A DNA stretch of 64,000 nt from Octopus sinensis (GCF_006345805.1 NC_043019.1:27217360-27281359); one strand, 5' to 3'. Numbered from the stretch's first letter, positions 37,620 through 50,890 are shown. Notes: a model not told the origin generated them from the letters alone. Program-made: numbers and translations.

Positions 37620-37930
37620 AACCATGTGGCTTAGTGGTTAGGGCATTCAGCTCACACTCGTAAGGGAGTAAGTTCGATTCCAGAAGGTGCATTCTGTCCT
37701 TGAGCAAGACACTTTATTTTACGTTGCTCCAATCCACTCAACTGGCAATAATAAGCTGTACCTGTATTTCAAAGGGCCAGATTTGTCACATTCTGTGTCA
37801 CGCTGAATCTCCTTGAGAACTACATTAAGGGTATGCATATTTGTGGTGTACTCAACCACTTGCACTTCAATTTCATGAACAAGCTGTTCCATTGATCGGA
37901 TCAACTGAAACCCTCATCATCATAACTGAT
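37620..37930 (+). mobile_element. SINE, family D head with a different 3' part
   Basis: tRNA-like head and CTTGAGCAAGACACTTTATTT motif. Confidence 0.7.
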
Positions 37931-37959
37931 AAAGTGCCAGTTATATATATATATATCTG

Positions 37960-38645
37960 CCTTGACTGGCTTCCGTGCTGGTGGCACATAAAGAGCACCA
38001 ACCGATTGTGGCCGTTGCCAGCCTACTCTGGCACCTAAAAAGCACCGTCTGTATGTGGCCGATACCAGTGCCGCCCTGACTGGCTTCCATGCCGGTGATA
38101 CATAAAAAGCACCGTCCGTATGTGGCCGATACCAGTGCCGCCTTGACTGGCTTCCATGTCGGTGGCACGTAAAAACCACCAACTGATCGTGGCTATTGCC
38201 AGCCTCCCTTGGCACGTAAAAAGCACCATCCATACGTGGTCGATACCAGCACCACCTTGACTAGCTTCTGTGCTGGTGGCACATAAAAAGCAGCAACAGA
38301 TCGTGGCCATTTCCAGCCTCCCCTGGTACCTGAGCCGGTGGCACGTAAAAAGCACCATCCGTACGTGGTCGATGCCAGCACCACCTTGAGTGGCTTCAGT
38401 GCCGGTGGCACGTAAAAAGCACCAACCGATCGTGGCCGTTGCCAGCCTCCCCTGACATCTGTGCCGGTGGCACGCAAAAAGCACCCACTACACTCATGGA
38501 GTGGTTGGTGTTAGGAAGGGCATCCAGCTGTAGAAACACTGCCAGATCAGACTGGAGCCTGGTGCAGCCTCCTGGCTTCCCAGACCCCGGTCGAACTGGC
38601 CAATCCATGCTAGCATGGAAAACGGATGTTAAACGATGATGATGA
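37960..38645 (+). mobile_element. SINE-like family B with about eight heterogeneous monomers
   Basis: Repeated GGCAC(G/A)TAAAAAGCACC units precede the body. Confidence 0.88.
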
Positions 38646-38766
38646 TATATATATATATACATATATATATAATATATAATATATATATATATATTATATA
38701 TATATATATTATATATATATATATATATAGATATATATATAATATATATACGCGCACACACACACT

Positions 38767-39444
38767 CGAAGAGGTACCCAAAAGAAACTAGAATTTTGCA
38801 ATATTATTTTATTCACTTAGTTTTACATGTTTACACTTTTATCAGCTTCAGAGTATTCTCCATTTGAAGCAATGCATCAACCTAGACACGTTTTCCACTG
38901 TTCAAAGCAGTGCTGGAACTCTTGCAAAGTGATGCCTTTTAATGCCTCTGCTGTTTTTCTTCTTTCTTCACCTCTTCCGCATCTGCAAATTCCATAGCAC
39001 CAGCTTCTGTTTCCAGTGATGACCTTCGAAAAAAAGGGTCTGCATCAACTTCCAGCTGTTCTTTCAGTTCACAACACACATTCAGTCACGACTGCTTTTG
39101 ATATTCCATGAGCAAAGCAAGGCACTAATTTTGCTGCAACTTTTTTCATTCACAATTCCTTTGCAGGGGCTTTGAGGTACACCAGTCATATCATCAAATT
39201 CGTCAGTTGTTCGGTGATGGTCCTTCAAGATCAATTACTCTCTTTTACTTGTTTCGGTCATTTGACTGCGGCTATGCTGGAGCACCGCTTTTAGTCGAGC
39301 AAATCGACCCCGGGACTTATTCTTTGTAAGCCCAGTACTTATTTTATCGGTCTCTTTTGTTGAACCGCTAAGTGACGGGGACGTAAGCACGCCAGCATCG
39401 GTTGTCAAGCAATGCTAGGGGGACAAACACAGACACACGAACAC

Positions 39445-39477
<33 letters not shown>

Positions 39478-40054
39478 CATACATATATACGACAGGCTTC
39501 TTTCAGTTTCTGTCTACCAAATCCACTCACAAGGCATTGGTCGTCCCAGGGCTATAGCAGAAGACACTTGCCCAAGATGCCACGCAGTGGGACTGAACCC
39601 GGAACCATGTGGTTAGTTAGCAAGCTACTTACCACACAGCCACTCCTGCACCTATTGAATTCTTGAATTTTCATGATGTTTTCATTCGTTCAGGATCATC
39701 CTGAACGAGGTAGGTCTCCAAGCAACAAGTGACCATTCTAAAGCATGAAAAGCACTCGTAAACTTGTGTTTTTCTCATGGCAGCACCCTTGTTATCTGTC
39801 TGAAGCATGACAACTCTCTCAGCTGCCGTTTTCACCAGCAGAAAACAGAATTTCACTGAAGCACGCTGTTCTTTTATTTCATCCATCACAAAAATTGACA
39901 AACAGTGGAGAAGCACAGCAAAACAAAAATGCACCATGTAGCAGTGTGCCCTCCGTCAATGGCACTGGTCAGAAGACTGACGCCTGAGGGGCACATCAAG
40001 TGATTCTAGCAGCAGAAGCCTGAATCACAATGGGTTACTTTTGGGTACCTCCTC
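38767..40054 (-). mobile_element. Mariner transposon, internally deleted, interrupted by a SINE
   Basis: TIRs CGA(G/A)GAGGTACCCAAAAG. HTH remnant MDEIKEQRASVKFCFLLVKTAAE (ORF 39671-39937), then MKKVAAKLVP...SKVITG and a C-terminal CFEQWK...CIASNGEY; catalytic middle missing. Confidence 0.85.
39236..39652 (-). mobile_element. SINE family A nested in mariner
   Basis: Family match; transposase remnants on both sides. Confidence 0.88.
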
Positions 40055-40061
40055 GTGTATT

Positions 40062-40095
<34 letters not shown>

Positions 40096-40117
<22 letters not shown>

Positions 40118-40340
40118 GGTGGCAGAAACGTTAGCACGCCAGGCGAAATGCGTTGCCGTATTTCGTCTGCCGTTACGTTCCGAGTTCAAATTCCGCCGAG
40201 GTCGACTTTGCCTTTCATCCTTCCGGGGTCGATAAATTAAGTGCCAGTTACGCACTGGGGTCAATGTAATCGACTTAATCCATTTGTCTGTCCTTGTTTG
40301 TCTCTGCTGTGTTTAGCCCCTTGTGGGTAGTAAAGAAATA
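40096..40340 (+). mobile_element. SINE family C
   Basis: Full-length family match. Confidence 0.88.
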
Positions 40341-40454
40341 TATAGATAAAAGTTAAATAATGAGAGTAGAAATTACTATTAGTTAAATATCAATTTAAAC
40401 CAGTGGCCTAGCATATTTAAAAAATCCAAAGATTAAGAAAATTATATGACATAC

Positions 40455-40596
40455 ATAAGAGGAATGACCACCAGGTGGATTCCTAATATGCTGGAAGACA
40501 CCAAATCGTCTAACCACAAAGAAAATTTTCTTCAAGGTTTGACGATTTAGTGTCTTCTAGCATATTAGGAATCCACCTAGTGGCCATTCCTCTTAT
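40455..40596. repeat. 142-bp hairpin with 61-bp arms
   Basis: ATAAGAGGAATGACCAC...CGTCTAACC pairs with GGTTTGACG...GCCATTCCTCTTAT; 20-nt spacer. Confidence 0.88.
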
Positions 40597-42013
40597 ATAT
40601 ATATGATAGAGGGAGATATATCACCATCAATCCCCTTTTCAACATCTACTTGTTTATGCTTGCACGAGGCAGATGGAATTTGCAGAGATGGATTTTTCTA
40701 TGGCCAGATGCCCTTCCTGTCACCAACTCTCATCTGTTTCCAAGTAAGGTGATATTTCCTGATGACCAGACATGTTTTACAGAAGAGTAAACACAAAGGC
40801 CATCACTTGTGTAACAGTGACACTCATTCATAACCATCACATGAAGTAGAAACAGTACTGTATTTTTATTATTATTTTTATTTTATTATAAATGCAAAAC
40901 AAACCATGGAGTAATCGACATAAGCTTAAATAATAAACCATGATAGGTGAACCACGATATGGCGAGGGATTACTGTAGATACATATGGGGGCGCCAAAAC
41001 CTTTTAAGTGCTTAGGTTCTCTATGGGTCTTAATCTGGCCCATGTACTCTGAAAATATGAGGTGAGAGAATACAGAAAAAAAATCAGGAAGGGTGGGTAT
41101 GTGGGTAAGTTTATTAGAATGTGAGAGAAGGGCGACAAATGGGCAGAAATGGTTTTAGAAGGAAATGTAATCAATAGAACAAGAGTGGAGGCATGGTCGA
41201 AGGTAAATATCAGAATGGTTGGCAGGGTGAGTGGGTGAAAGGATAAGATTGGTGCAGGAAGGAGTGAAGGTGATTAAATGTCGTACAGGAAGAGAAGAGA
41301 GCAGCAGTGTAATAAATCTGTAAATTGATCAGAAAATATAGAGATGATGTACAGAGGAGGGGGAGCACGAGAGATCTACAGTGACAGAGCTGGATGTCAG
41401 AGGTACATAGGGACGGCTGTTGTAAGTGAGACACAAAAGCAGCAGGAGGCTGTTGAGGGTAGGTATGACATGTTGATGGGAATATAACAGAAGGTGTTAA
41501 AGGTAAGATAATAGCAGTCACAAAATTTATCTCAGAGGAGAGGGGGAGATAACAGGTGGCACAGAAAGGAGTGATCAGGGGAAAATAAAGTGGGAAGGGA
41601 TGATATTGAGAATGAAGACTGGAATCTCTAAGGAGAGGAGAAGGTAACTGTTTTGCATTTTACCCAGTAATATATATATATATATAAAATCAGTTGAGGT
41701 GTGTTCTGTTATGAACATATAAGAGTACAAATAAAGCTCATTCACCCTTAGAATTCCCAAATAGCCAGTAGTATTCTTATGGTATGCTACTAATTCTAGT
41801 CTTAGATATTCCTCGTGTGTGAAAATAAAAAGTAAAAGGGGATACATATAGATCTTCTTATACAGGTAAATCATTAAATAATTTAATTTAAACTTAACTT
41901 TAAATCCTGTATATACAAGGATCTGTATGTATCGAAACATTTCTAGTTATTAAAAAGCTGCCTAATCGTACTTACTCTTCCTTTTGACTCTTTTACTTTA
42001 TATATATATATAT

Positions 42014-42315
42014 AAGTGGAGGCGCAATGGCCCAGTGGTTAGGGCAGCGGACTCGTGGTCGTAGGATCGCGGTTTCGATTCCCAGACCGGGCGTTGTGTG
42101 TGTTTATTGAGTGAAAACACCTAAAAGCTCCACAAGGCTCCTGCAGGGGGTGGTGATCCCTGCTGTACTCTTTTACCACTCTTTCTCTCACTCTTTCTTC
42201 TGTTGGCCTGCTTGCTTAGCCAGTGGGGTGGCGTCATTCGAAGGCTAAAAACAATGCGAACGCATTGTGACCAGCGATGTGTAGCAACATCTGATAGTCT
42301 GGTCGGTCACATGAT
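42014..42315 (+). mobile_element. SINE family E
   Basis: A box TGGCCCAGTGG, B box GTTTCGATTCC; matches 2665-3032. Confidence 0.85.
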
Positions 42316-42767
42316 AATATATATATAAAGAAAAAGTAAAATATATACATACATGCACACATAAAGGGTAATAAACATATGCCTATTAATAATGTAATTA
42401 ATACCAAGCAGTTTCATGCAGGCAAGAATCATTAAATTGCATGAATTTTTTAAGATAAAAATTATATTTGGCTGAGAAGTATGAACAATGCATGTGGTAT
42501 GTTTGTTAGTTTGTTGGTTTTTCTTTATTCTTTTTTCCATTTATTTGTGGTGGGAACTCAAGGCATACAGGTTAGGGCACTGGGTTCCAACCTGGGGTCC
42601 ACAAACCCCTGGTGGTTCACAAAGGTAGTACTGGGGTCCATGAACTAAATTCAAAATTTCATATTTACGCATATATATATATAGGGAGAATTCACAAAAA
42701 AGACGAAGACAGGTGGTGTAGAAAACAAACAGATGTATTAGTATAACACTCAGGAATTGAAAAAAGT

Positions 42768-42803
42768 CTTTTACATTTCGAGTCTATGCTCTTCCACAGA
42801 AAG
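42768..42803 (-). ncRNA. Minimal hammerhead-like motif, CUGUGGA core variant
   Basis: - strand: CTTT CTGTGGA A GAGC ATAG ACTC GAAA TGTA AAAG; same family as 10224-10258. Confidence 0.45.
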
Positions 42804-42855
42804 GAACAAGGAGAGAGAAAAAATGTGTGTAGTGGCTACCGATCTATCATGGCAA

Positions 42856-42898
<43 letters not shown>

Positions 42899-42935
42899 AT
42901 ATATATCAAAATAAAAACATGATGCAAAGGATTTA

Positions 42936-43022
42936 GCGGTACATATGTTTCGGGCCTTTATTAGACGGTTTATAACAATGCATAATTGATGTAAATGTGT
43001 GTCTATAGCCTTCTTCAGCCGC
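42936..43022 (-). ncRNA. Type I hammerhead ribozyme motif
   Basis: On - strand: GCGG CTGAAGA AGGC-TATAGAC...GTCTAATAAAG-GCCC GAAA CATAT GTA CCGC. Stem I GCGG/CCGC; palindromic stem III ACATATGT. Confidence 0.68.
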
Positions 43023-43194
43023 ATACAATTACTACTTCAAGGAGATGTATTACATTATAAGTTTTACGTTGGGGATGTGAATCCTCATAGTGGCATACGA
43101 CAGAGCGAGGCACCAGAACAAAATCAAAGCATCCATCCCAAGGATAAGCATATTAAAAAGGGGCCCATGAGAAAACTCATTTAAATAAAGGGTT

Positions 43195-43420
43195 GGGAAC
43201 CACTGGGTTAGGGTGTTGGACTCATGGTCATAAGACTGAGGTTTTGATTTCTCAACTGCGAAATGCATTGTGTTGAGCAAAGCACTTCACTTCACATTAA
43301 CCCAATCTCCTCATCTGGCAAAAATAGGTTATCCTGCAACAGACTGGCACCCCTTCCAGTGAGGAGTATAACCACCAGAAAAATCCAGGAAACTGGCCCT
43401 ATGAATCTATATGACTCAGA
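43195..43420 (+). mobile_element. SINE family D-like, diverged
   Basis: Diverged head and body; similar to 21330-21578. Confidence 0.62.
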
Positions 43421-44007
43421 AAGGATCTTTATCCTTTGTTTTTGCTTGTAACTGTTTGTTTGGGGGGGTTTTTTTGTACTTTTGTCTTTGGGGTTGGGTT
43501 TTGTATTAATTACATTTATATAAAAATCAGTGATTTTTGTGTCGGTTCAGCTGGAGGTAGACACGTGTCTGTATAGCCACGTTGTTAGTTGGTGAAACAA
43601 GACAACTATCAGGTTTTCGTGATTAGGTAAAAAGAGACTAATGTAGATATTATTAGATTTGTCATCTGCTGGAATGACAATGAATAAATGTGATGTTTTG
43701 CTAAGTGAGCAGCTACGTAACTCTGTTTATGAAAACAAAAACTCACTTGAGCATAAAGATTCGTATCAATTTAGATCAGGTTAGAAATATTTCAGTTACT
43801 AACTGTCCTGACCTGATCTATTCATGTATAAGAATTGTTGGACGTGTTCATGTGTGAAGATGGTTTTGTAGTCACTAGCTGTGAAGTATCTACATTAGAA
43901 GTCAAATGTCACAGGGCTACTGTCATTGATATCTTCCATTTTAACTTGATTGTAATGCTTCTCACTAACTTTACATTAAACTATTTTGCATTTTACCCAG
44001 TATATAT

Positions 44008-44335
44008 ATTCTTTTACTTGTTTCAGTCATTTGACTGCGGCCATGCTGGAGCACTGCCTTTAGTCGAACTAATCAAACCCTGAGACTTATTCTTTGTAAG
44101 CCTAGTACTTATTCTTTTGGTCTCTTCTGTCGAACTGCTAAGTTACGGGGACGTAAACACACCAGCATCGGTTGTCAAGTGATGGTGGGGGAGGGACAGA
44201 CACAGACACACAAACATATACGACAGGCTTCTATCAGTTTCTGTCTACCAAATCCACTCTCAAGGCTTTGGTCAGCCCAAGGCTTATAGCACATGCCACC
44301 GGAACCGTGTGGTTGGTAAGAAAGCTACTTACCAA
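44008..44335 (-). mobile_element. SINE family A
   Basis: Family match with internal deletion. Confidence 0.8.
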
Positions 44336-44535
44336 AGGTGGCGAGATGGCAGAAATGTTAGCATGCTGGGCGAAATGCTTATCGGTATTTCATCTACTGT
44401 TATGTTCTGAGTTCAAATTCCGCCGAGGTCGACTTTGCCTTTCATCCTTTCGGGGTCGATAAATTAAGTATCAGTTACACACTGGGGTCGATGTAATCGA
44501 CCTAATCACTTTGTCTGTCCTTGTTTGTCCCCTTT
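44335..44535 (+). mobile_element. SINE family C
   Basis: Family match. Confidence 0.82.
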
Positions 44536-45164
44536 ATGACATAAAAAAATAAGAATACCACATTATCAGCTTTGAGAGATCCTCCTCTCATGCAAGCACT
44601 ATCTGGGAGAATCTCTCCTGGCTAATAATGCAGTATTCTGTGTTCTAACAAAAATGAATGAGGCCCATGGGCAAAACAAAACGGTTGAGAAACACTGCTT
44701 TAAACGAAGGATCTGAAGATAGAAGTTAGCAGTGTCAATCTGACATGTGGGAGGGTGTTTGGCTTGGCTGCCCAGCAGTAATGCAATGAGTAAACCTAAT
44801 TAATGTAATTACTTCATACAAACAGGTTAAAAGACGATAACCGTGTATAATCACAGGCATGAAGGTAGAAATAACAGTAGAGTGAAAGAAATTAGAAGTC
44901 CCACGAGGTCAATGAGCAAAAGCTAGATTGATGGATCCTAGGCAGAACATATTGATCTTTGGTAAAACTGATATGTTTTGAAGAATCAATGAACGCAGTT
45001 ACAGCCTCACTTTGCCAGTTCTAAAAGAAAAGTAGATTATGCTTCTAAGACGGTGTTTTTCAACTATTTTTTTACCTACTGACCCCTTTGATTTTCATTT
45101 TACTCAGTTTACTCAGATGGACCCTCTCAGACGCTTTTTATGATTACTTATTATTAGGACCTTA

Positions 45165-45206
<42 letters not shown>

Positions 45207-45207
<1 letters not shown>

Positions 45208-45363
45208 GGTGCAGAGTGGCTGTGTGGTAAGTAGCTTGCTTACCAACCACATGGTTCCGGGTTCAGTCCCATTGCATGGCACCTTGCGCAAGTGTCTTCT
45301 ACTATAGCCTCGGGCCGACCAAAGCCATGTGAGTGGATTTGGTGACGGAAACTGAAAGAAGCC

Positions 45364-45394
<31 letters not shown>

Positions 45395-45616
45395 CATAAA
45401 TATATATATGTGTTTGTGTGTCTGTGTTTGTCCCCCCAACATCGCTTGACAACCAATACTGGTGTGTTTGCGTCCCCGTAACTTAGAGGTTCAGCAAAAG
45501 AGACCGATAGAATAAGTACTAGGCTTACAAAAGAATAAGACCTGGGGTTGATTTGCTTGAATAAAGGCAGTGCTCCAGCATGGCCACTGTCAAATGACTG
45601 AAACAAGTAAAAGAGT
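45207..45616 (+). mobile_element. SINE family A
   Basis: Family match. Confidence 0.88.
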
Positions 45617-45622
45617 ATATAT

Positions 45623-45666
<44 letters not shown>

Positions 45667-45676
45667 TATATATATA

Positions 45677-47145
45677 TAAGGTCATCCCATAAGTGATGCA
45701 GATTTTTTTTCAATCACATGAACTAAAAGTTGGAGGGGAATGGGATAAACTACTTTCGTCAACTTTCTATAAAAGCAGGTAGTAATTTTACCTTCACCTT
45801 ATTCTTAGTGGAAGTTTTGAAGAGTGCAGTTTGATTTTAACAGTTAATTTTTCGAAGCTATAATGGAAGTGACAAAGAACCATATTTGGCATATTTTGTT
45901 TTATGAGTTCAATAAATGCAACAATGCAACAGAAAGTGTGAGGAATATTAATGCAGTATATGTGGATCGGACAATAAGTGTAAGCCAGTGGCAATGGTGG
46001 GTCCAGATATTCCAAGCCAGAAACTACAACCTAGATGAGCCTCATCCTGGAAAATATGTAGAGCTCAACAAGGATGTCCTGCAAAACCCTGGTGGAACAA
46101 AATCCCATTTTAACTGTTGAGGACTAGCAGAGAAGCTTGGATTTGGTCATTCAACAATTCATTGATACCTGTGTACCATTTGAAAAATCAGCAAATTGGG
46201 TCAATGGGTTCCTCACAAACTTTCCGAGTCTAATCGCATGCAGAGAGTGAAGTGTGCTCTTCTTTGCTGTCACAACTCACAAATGAACCTTTCTTGGGAC
46301 CAAATAGTGACTTGTGATGAGATGTGTGTTCTCTATAAAAATGTCAAGCACTGAGGACAGTAGGTAGGGAGAGAAGAAACACCAACACCTCAGACAAAAG
46401 AAAGTCTTCACCGATGCAAGGTGTTGCTATCTGTTTGGTGGGATATGAAAGGTTTAGTCCACTTGGAACGTTAAATCCAAACCAAACGGTAACAAAGATC
46501 TACTACGATCAGCTTGAGCAGCTTAAGTCAGCACCAAAAGAAAGATGACCATCTCTAGTTTCAAGACAAAAGGTGTTCTTCCATCAGGATAATGCTTGGC
46601 CACATACAACGAGGATGACATTCCAAATGCTGGAGCAGTTTGGATGGGAAACAAGGCTCCATCCACTGTATTCACCATCTGATTGCCCCATCTGATTATC
46701 ATTTATTCTGCAGTCTTCAAAATCGTTTGGATGGTAAAAATATGAATCCTGTAAATATCAGAACAGTATTCCCTCTCTCTCTCTTTCGGAGAGGCACAAG
46801 CACCTACACGCACATATACACACACGGCAGTAACTTCCACCTACCAAATTCAATCACAAAGCTCTGGTCGGCTCGAGGCTATAGTGGAAGACACCTACCC
46901 AAAGTGCTACGCAGTGGGACTGAACCCGAAACCATGTAGCTAGGAAGCAAGCTCCCTAACCACACGGCCATGGAGGAGTATTTTTCATCATGGACAAGTG
47001 AATTTTGGAAGAGGGCCTTGCAAGTCTACCAGATAGATGGGAGGGCACTGAAGAAAATGAGTATATTTTAGATTAAAAAAAGAACTTTAATCCTAATTTT
47101 GAAAAATAAAAGAAGTATAAAAAACATTATTTATGGGAGGACCCA

Positions 47146-47146
<1 letters not shown>
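45677..47146 (+). mobile_element. Near full-length degenerate mariner (DD34D-type) transposon
   Basis: TIRs TAAGGTCATCCCATAAG / rc TTGGGTCCTCCCATAAA with TA flanks. MEVTKNHIWHILFYEFNK N-terminus; IVTCDE, HQDNA and YSP..APSDYHLF motif remnants with frameshifts; SINE A fragment at about 46800-46970. Confidence 0.88.
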
Positions 47147-47190
<44 letters not shown>

Positions 47191-47194
47191 CATG

Positions 47195-47525
47195 CTGAGA
47201 CCCCCTTCGGTCATCACTGACCATGGAATTGTACCTAATAAGTTACCCTCCCAGGCACAAGTCCAGGTAAAGTTGTTTATGGAAGACCAGCAGTCGCCCA
47301 TGCATACCGGCCTCCCCTCTCCATGCCACCAGTGTTATCCATCGGAAAGCAAAGGCCAATACACCTTGGCACCAGTGACGTCGCAACTCATTTCTACAGC
47401 TGAGTGAACTGAAGCAACATGAAATAAAGTATCTTACTCAAGAACACAACACACAGCCCGGTCCGGGATTCAAACTCACAACCTCACGATCATTAGCTCA
47501 ATGGTCTAACCACTGAGCCATGTGC
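47195..47525 (-). mobile_element. SINE family D
   Basis: Family match. Confidence 0.85.
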
Positions 47526-48234
47526 CTATACACCACCAAGACTGTGCACTTTAAATTCTTTATTCAAAGTGACCGAGCTGTGTTTGTATGAATATATAAC
47601 CTAAGATCTCATGTGTGTACGTGTGTATATCTATGTATACTGTCTACATACCTCTTTATTTGTGTCTGTCTATCTACCTTTCTTTCTCCATAACCTGCCA
47701 GTCTCTCTCTTTCTTCTCTCTTTCTTTCCCTCTCTCATATATACATGTGTGTGTGTGTGTGTCTACTTACCTATCTATCTCTCTCTCTCTCTCTCTACAT
47801 ACATACATATATATACACACACACACACACATATATATACATGTCTACCTATCTATCTATATATCTCTCTCTCTCTCCCAATCTACCTACCTATCTATCT
47901 ACCTATATATCTACCTGTCTACATATCTATTTATCTACCCATTTCTCTATCTAACTACCTGTGTCTCTATTTGTGTCTCCACTTATATACTCACCTGCCT
48001 GTTTGTCTGAAGTTCTTGACTGTTGAAATAAATGTCTCCACAAATAATTAATGTTTTCTCAATTAATCATAAACTCATTAAGCCAGAAAGTCACAAAGTC
48101 GGCTAGATAACTTCAATGGAGCCACATTGTAACGCCTTGGTTACTTTATACATTCACACACACACACACACAAACATGTATATATATATATATATATGCA
48201 TACACACAAACATATATATATATATACACACACA

Positions 48235-48272
<38 letters not shown>

Positions 48273-48871
48273 TACACACAAACATATATGTATATGCATA
48301 CACATAAATATATATATATATACATACTCACATATGTACACATTTATACATACACACAAAGACACACATGTGTGTATGTATATAGATATATATATTTGTA
48401 TTATATACAATTTAAGTGGACAATTACAAAGACTTCATTGACGTCATACTTTATGACCTTAAACACGTTAGGTTAACACACACATACATCCACATTTATT
48501 AGTAAGCACTCGTGTGTGTATGTCGACAAGTGTGTGTGTGTATACATACATATACTCATAAATATGCAAGCACACACGCATTAATACATACGCTCATACA
48601 TGTCCATACAAACCCATATGCTGCTTGTTTTGTTCTTAGTGATAAGTGAATGGTTACAATGACTTCCATCGGTTTCTTTTGTATCCTTGTCTTTGACCTC
48701 GAGTACACACACACACACACACACACACATACACATGCGTGCATATACAGCTCTTGTACCATCATCATCGTTTAACGTTCATTTTCCATGCTGGCATGGG
48801 TTGGACAGTTTGACTGAAGACTGGCAAGCCAAGAGGCCGCACCAGGCTCCAATCTGATCTGGCAATGTTTC

Positions 48872-49935
48872 TTATTTCTTTATTGCCCACAAGGGACTAA
48901 ACATAGAGGGAACAAACAAAGACAGACAAAGGGATTAAGTTGATTACATCGACCCCAGTGCGTAACTAGTACTTAGTTTATCCACCCCGAAAGGATGAAA
49001 GGCAAAGTTGACCTCAGCGGAATTTGAACTCAGAATGCAACAGCAGACAAAATACCAATTTCTTTACTACCCTTAAGGGGCTAAACAGAGAGGACAAACA
49101 GATTAAGTTGATTATATCGACCCCAGTGTGTAACTGGTACTTAATTTATCGACCCCGAAAGGATGAAAGGCAAAGTTGACTGGGATCAATCTAATCGACT
49201 GGCCTCCTCCCCCAAAATTTCCATCCTTGTGCCTAGAGTAGAAAAGATTATTATTGTCGTAAGGTGGCAATCTGGCAGAAACGTTAGCACATCAGGTGAA
49301 ATACTTAGGTGTATTTTGTCTGTCTTTACATTCTGAGTTCAAATTCCACCAAGATCGACTTTGCCTTTCATCTTTTCGTGGTCAATAAAGTACCAGTTGC
49401 ATACTGAGGTCGACCTAATCAACTGGTCCCCTCCCCAAAAATTTTGGGCCTTGTTCCTAGAGTAGAAAAGATTATTATTATTGTATTTGTACATGAATCA
49501 AATCAGATAAATCCAATCACAAGGCCAAAAATTTTTTATGGGAAGGGGCCCAGTCGATTAGATCGACCCCAGTACACAGCTGGTATTTAATTTATTGACC
49601 CCGAAAGGATGAAAGGCAAAGTTGACTTCAGTGGAATTTGAACTCAGAATGTAAAGACAGACAAAATACTGCTAAGCATTTTGTCCGGTGGACTAACCTT
49701 TCTGCCAGCTCGCCACCTTAAACAGAGGTACAATAATCCTATCTACTAAAAGCACAAGGCCTGAAATTTTGAGGGAGGGGACTAGTTGATAACTTTGACA
49801 CCAGTACTTGACTGGTACTTAATTTATTGACCCTGAAAGTCAGCCTCAGCAGAATTTGAACTCAGAATGTAAAGACAGACAAAATGCTGCTAAGCATTTT
49901 GCCTGGTGTACTTATGATTCTGCCAGCTTGCTGTT
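48872..49935. mobile_element. Cluster of about six SINE C copies in both orientations
   Basis: - strand dimer 48872-49180; + copies about 49180-49470; - copies about 49510-49935. Confidence 0.82.
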
Positions 49936-49946
49936 TTAGACACAGG

Positions 49947-49954
<8 letters not shown>

Positions 49955-49983
<29 letters not shown>

Positions 49984-50425
49984 TCTTATATTAGCCGCAA
50001 GGGCTGACATATAAAACATTAAAAGACATACAGCATAAAAGACTAAAAACAGGATGAGACAATGGATTTTCATGTGTACACAATATAAATAACTTAAAAA
50101 TTAAATAAATTAAACTCTCAATAGGGGAGGCACTTTAAGGTCCTCATGGAAAAACTCACAAAAGCCATGGGTGCCTGAACAACAGAGCAAGAATCCTTCT
50201 CCTTTTTTTCTTTTTTTTTTTACAGGTGCACACTCAGAATTGGTCCTTTCACACAGGCCAGCCTTCCAATATTCGCCCACCTTTGAACAAACTTGCTACA
50301 AAGCAACACTTTCCTCTCTACTCTCAACTTCCTTTTCAAGTGAAACTTGAATAAGTTGATGAGGGTTTGACCAAAGAGGAAAGTGTCTGTCTTTAACCCT
50401 TTCAAACGGGTCCACCATACTATCT
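49955..50425 (-). mobile_element. Tx1/L1-like LINE 3' end
   Basis: KEIVWWTRLKGLKTDTFLFGQTLINLFKFHLKRKLRVERKVL...RW, then a 3' UTR and (TTA)n tail. Confidence 0.6.
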
Positions 50426-50479
50426 CTTTTGCTACAAACAGGAATAATAATTATAATAATAATAATTATCACTATCATT

Positions 50480-50890
50480 TCGAAATCGAATGGAAATTGA
50501 GCTGTGATACCAGTGCTGGTGGCATGTAAGCGAACCATCCGAATGTGGCCGTTGCCAGCGCCGCCCCGACAGGCCTCCGTGCCGGTGGCACGTAAAAAGC
50601 ACCATCCGATCGTGGCCATTGCCAGCCTTGCCTGGCCCCCGTGCTGGTGGCACGTAGAAAGCACCATCCAACCGTGGCCATTTGCCAGCCCCGTCTGGCA
50701 CCTGTGCCAGTGGCACGTAAAAAGCACCCACTACACTCATGGAGTGGTTGGCGTTAGGAAGGGCATCCAGCCGTAGAAACATTGCCAGATCAGACTGGGC
50801 CTGGTGCAGCCTTCTGGCCTCCCAGACCCCAGTTGAGCCGTCCAACCCATGCTAGCATGGAAAGCGGACGCTAAATGATGATGATGATGA
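50480..50890 (+). mobile_element. SINE-like family B with monomers
   Basis: Family match. Confidence 0.86.

Noticed and set aside
42014-42090. tRNA genes at SINE D and E heads
   Set aside because: A and B boxes continue into SINE bodies; no convincing acceptor stem.
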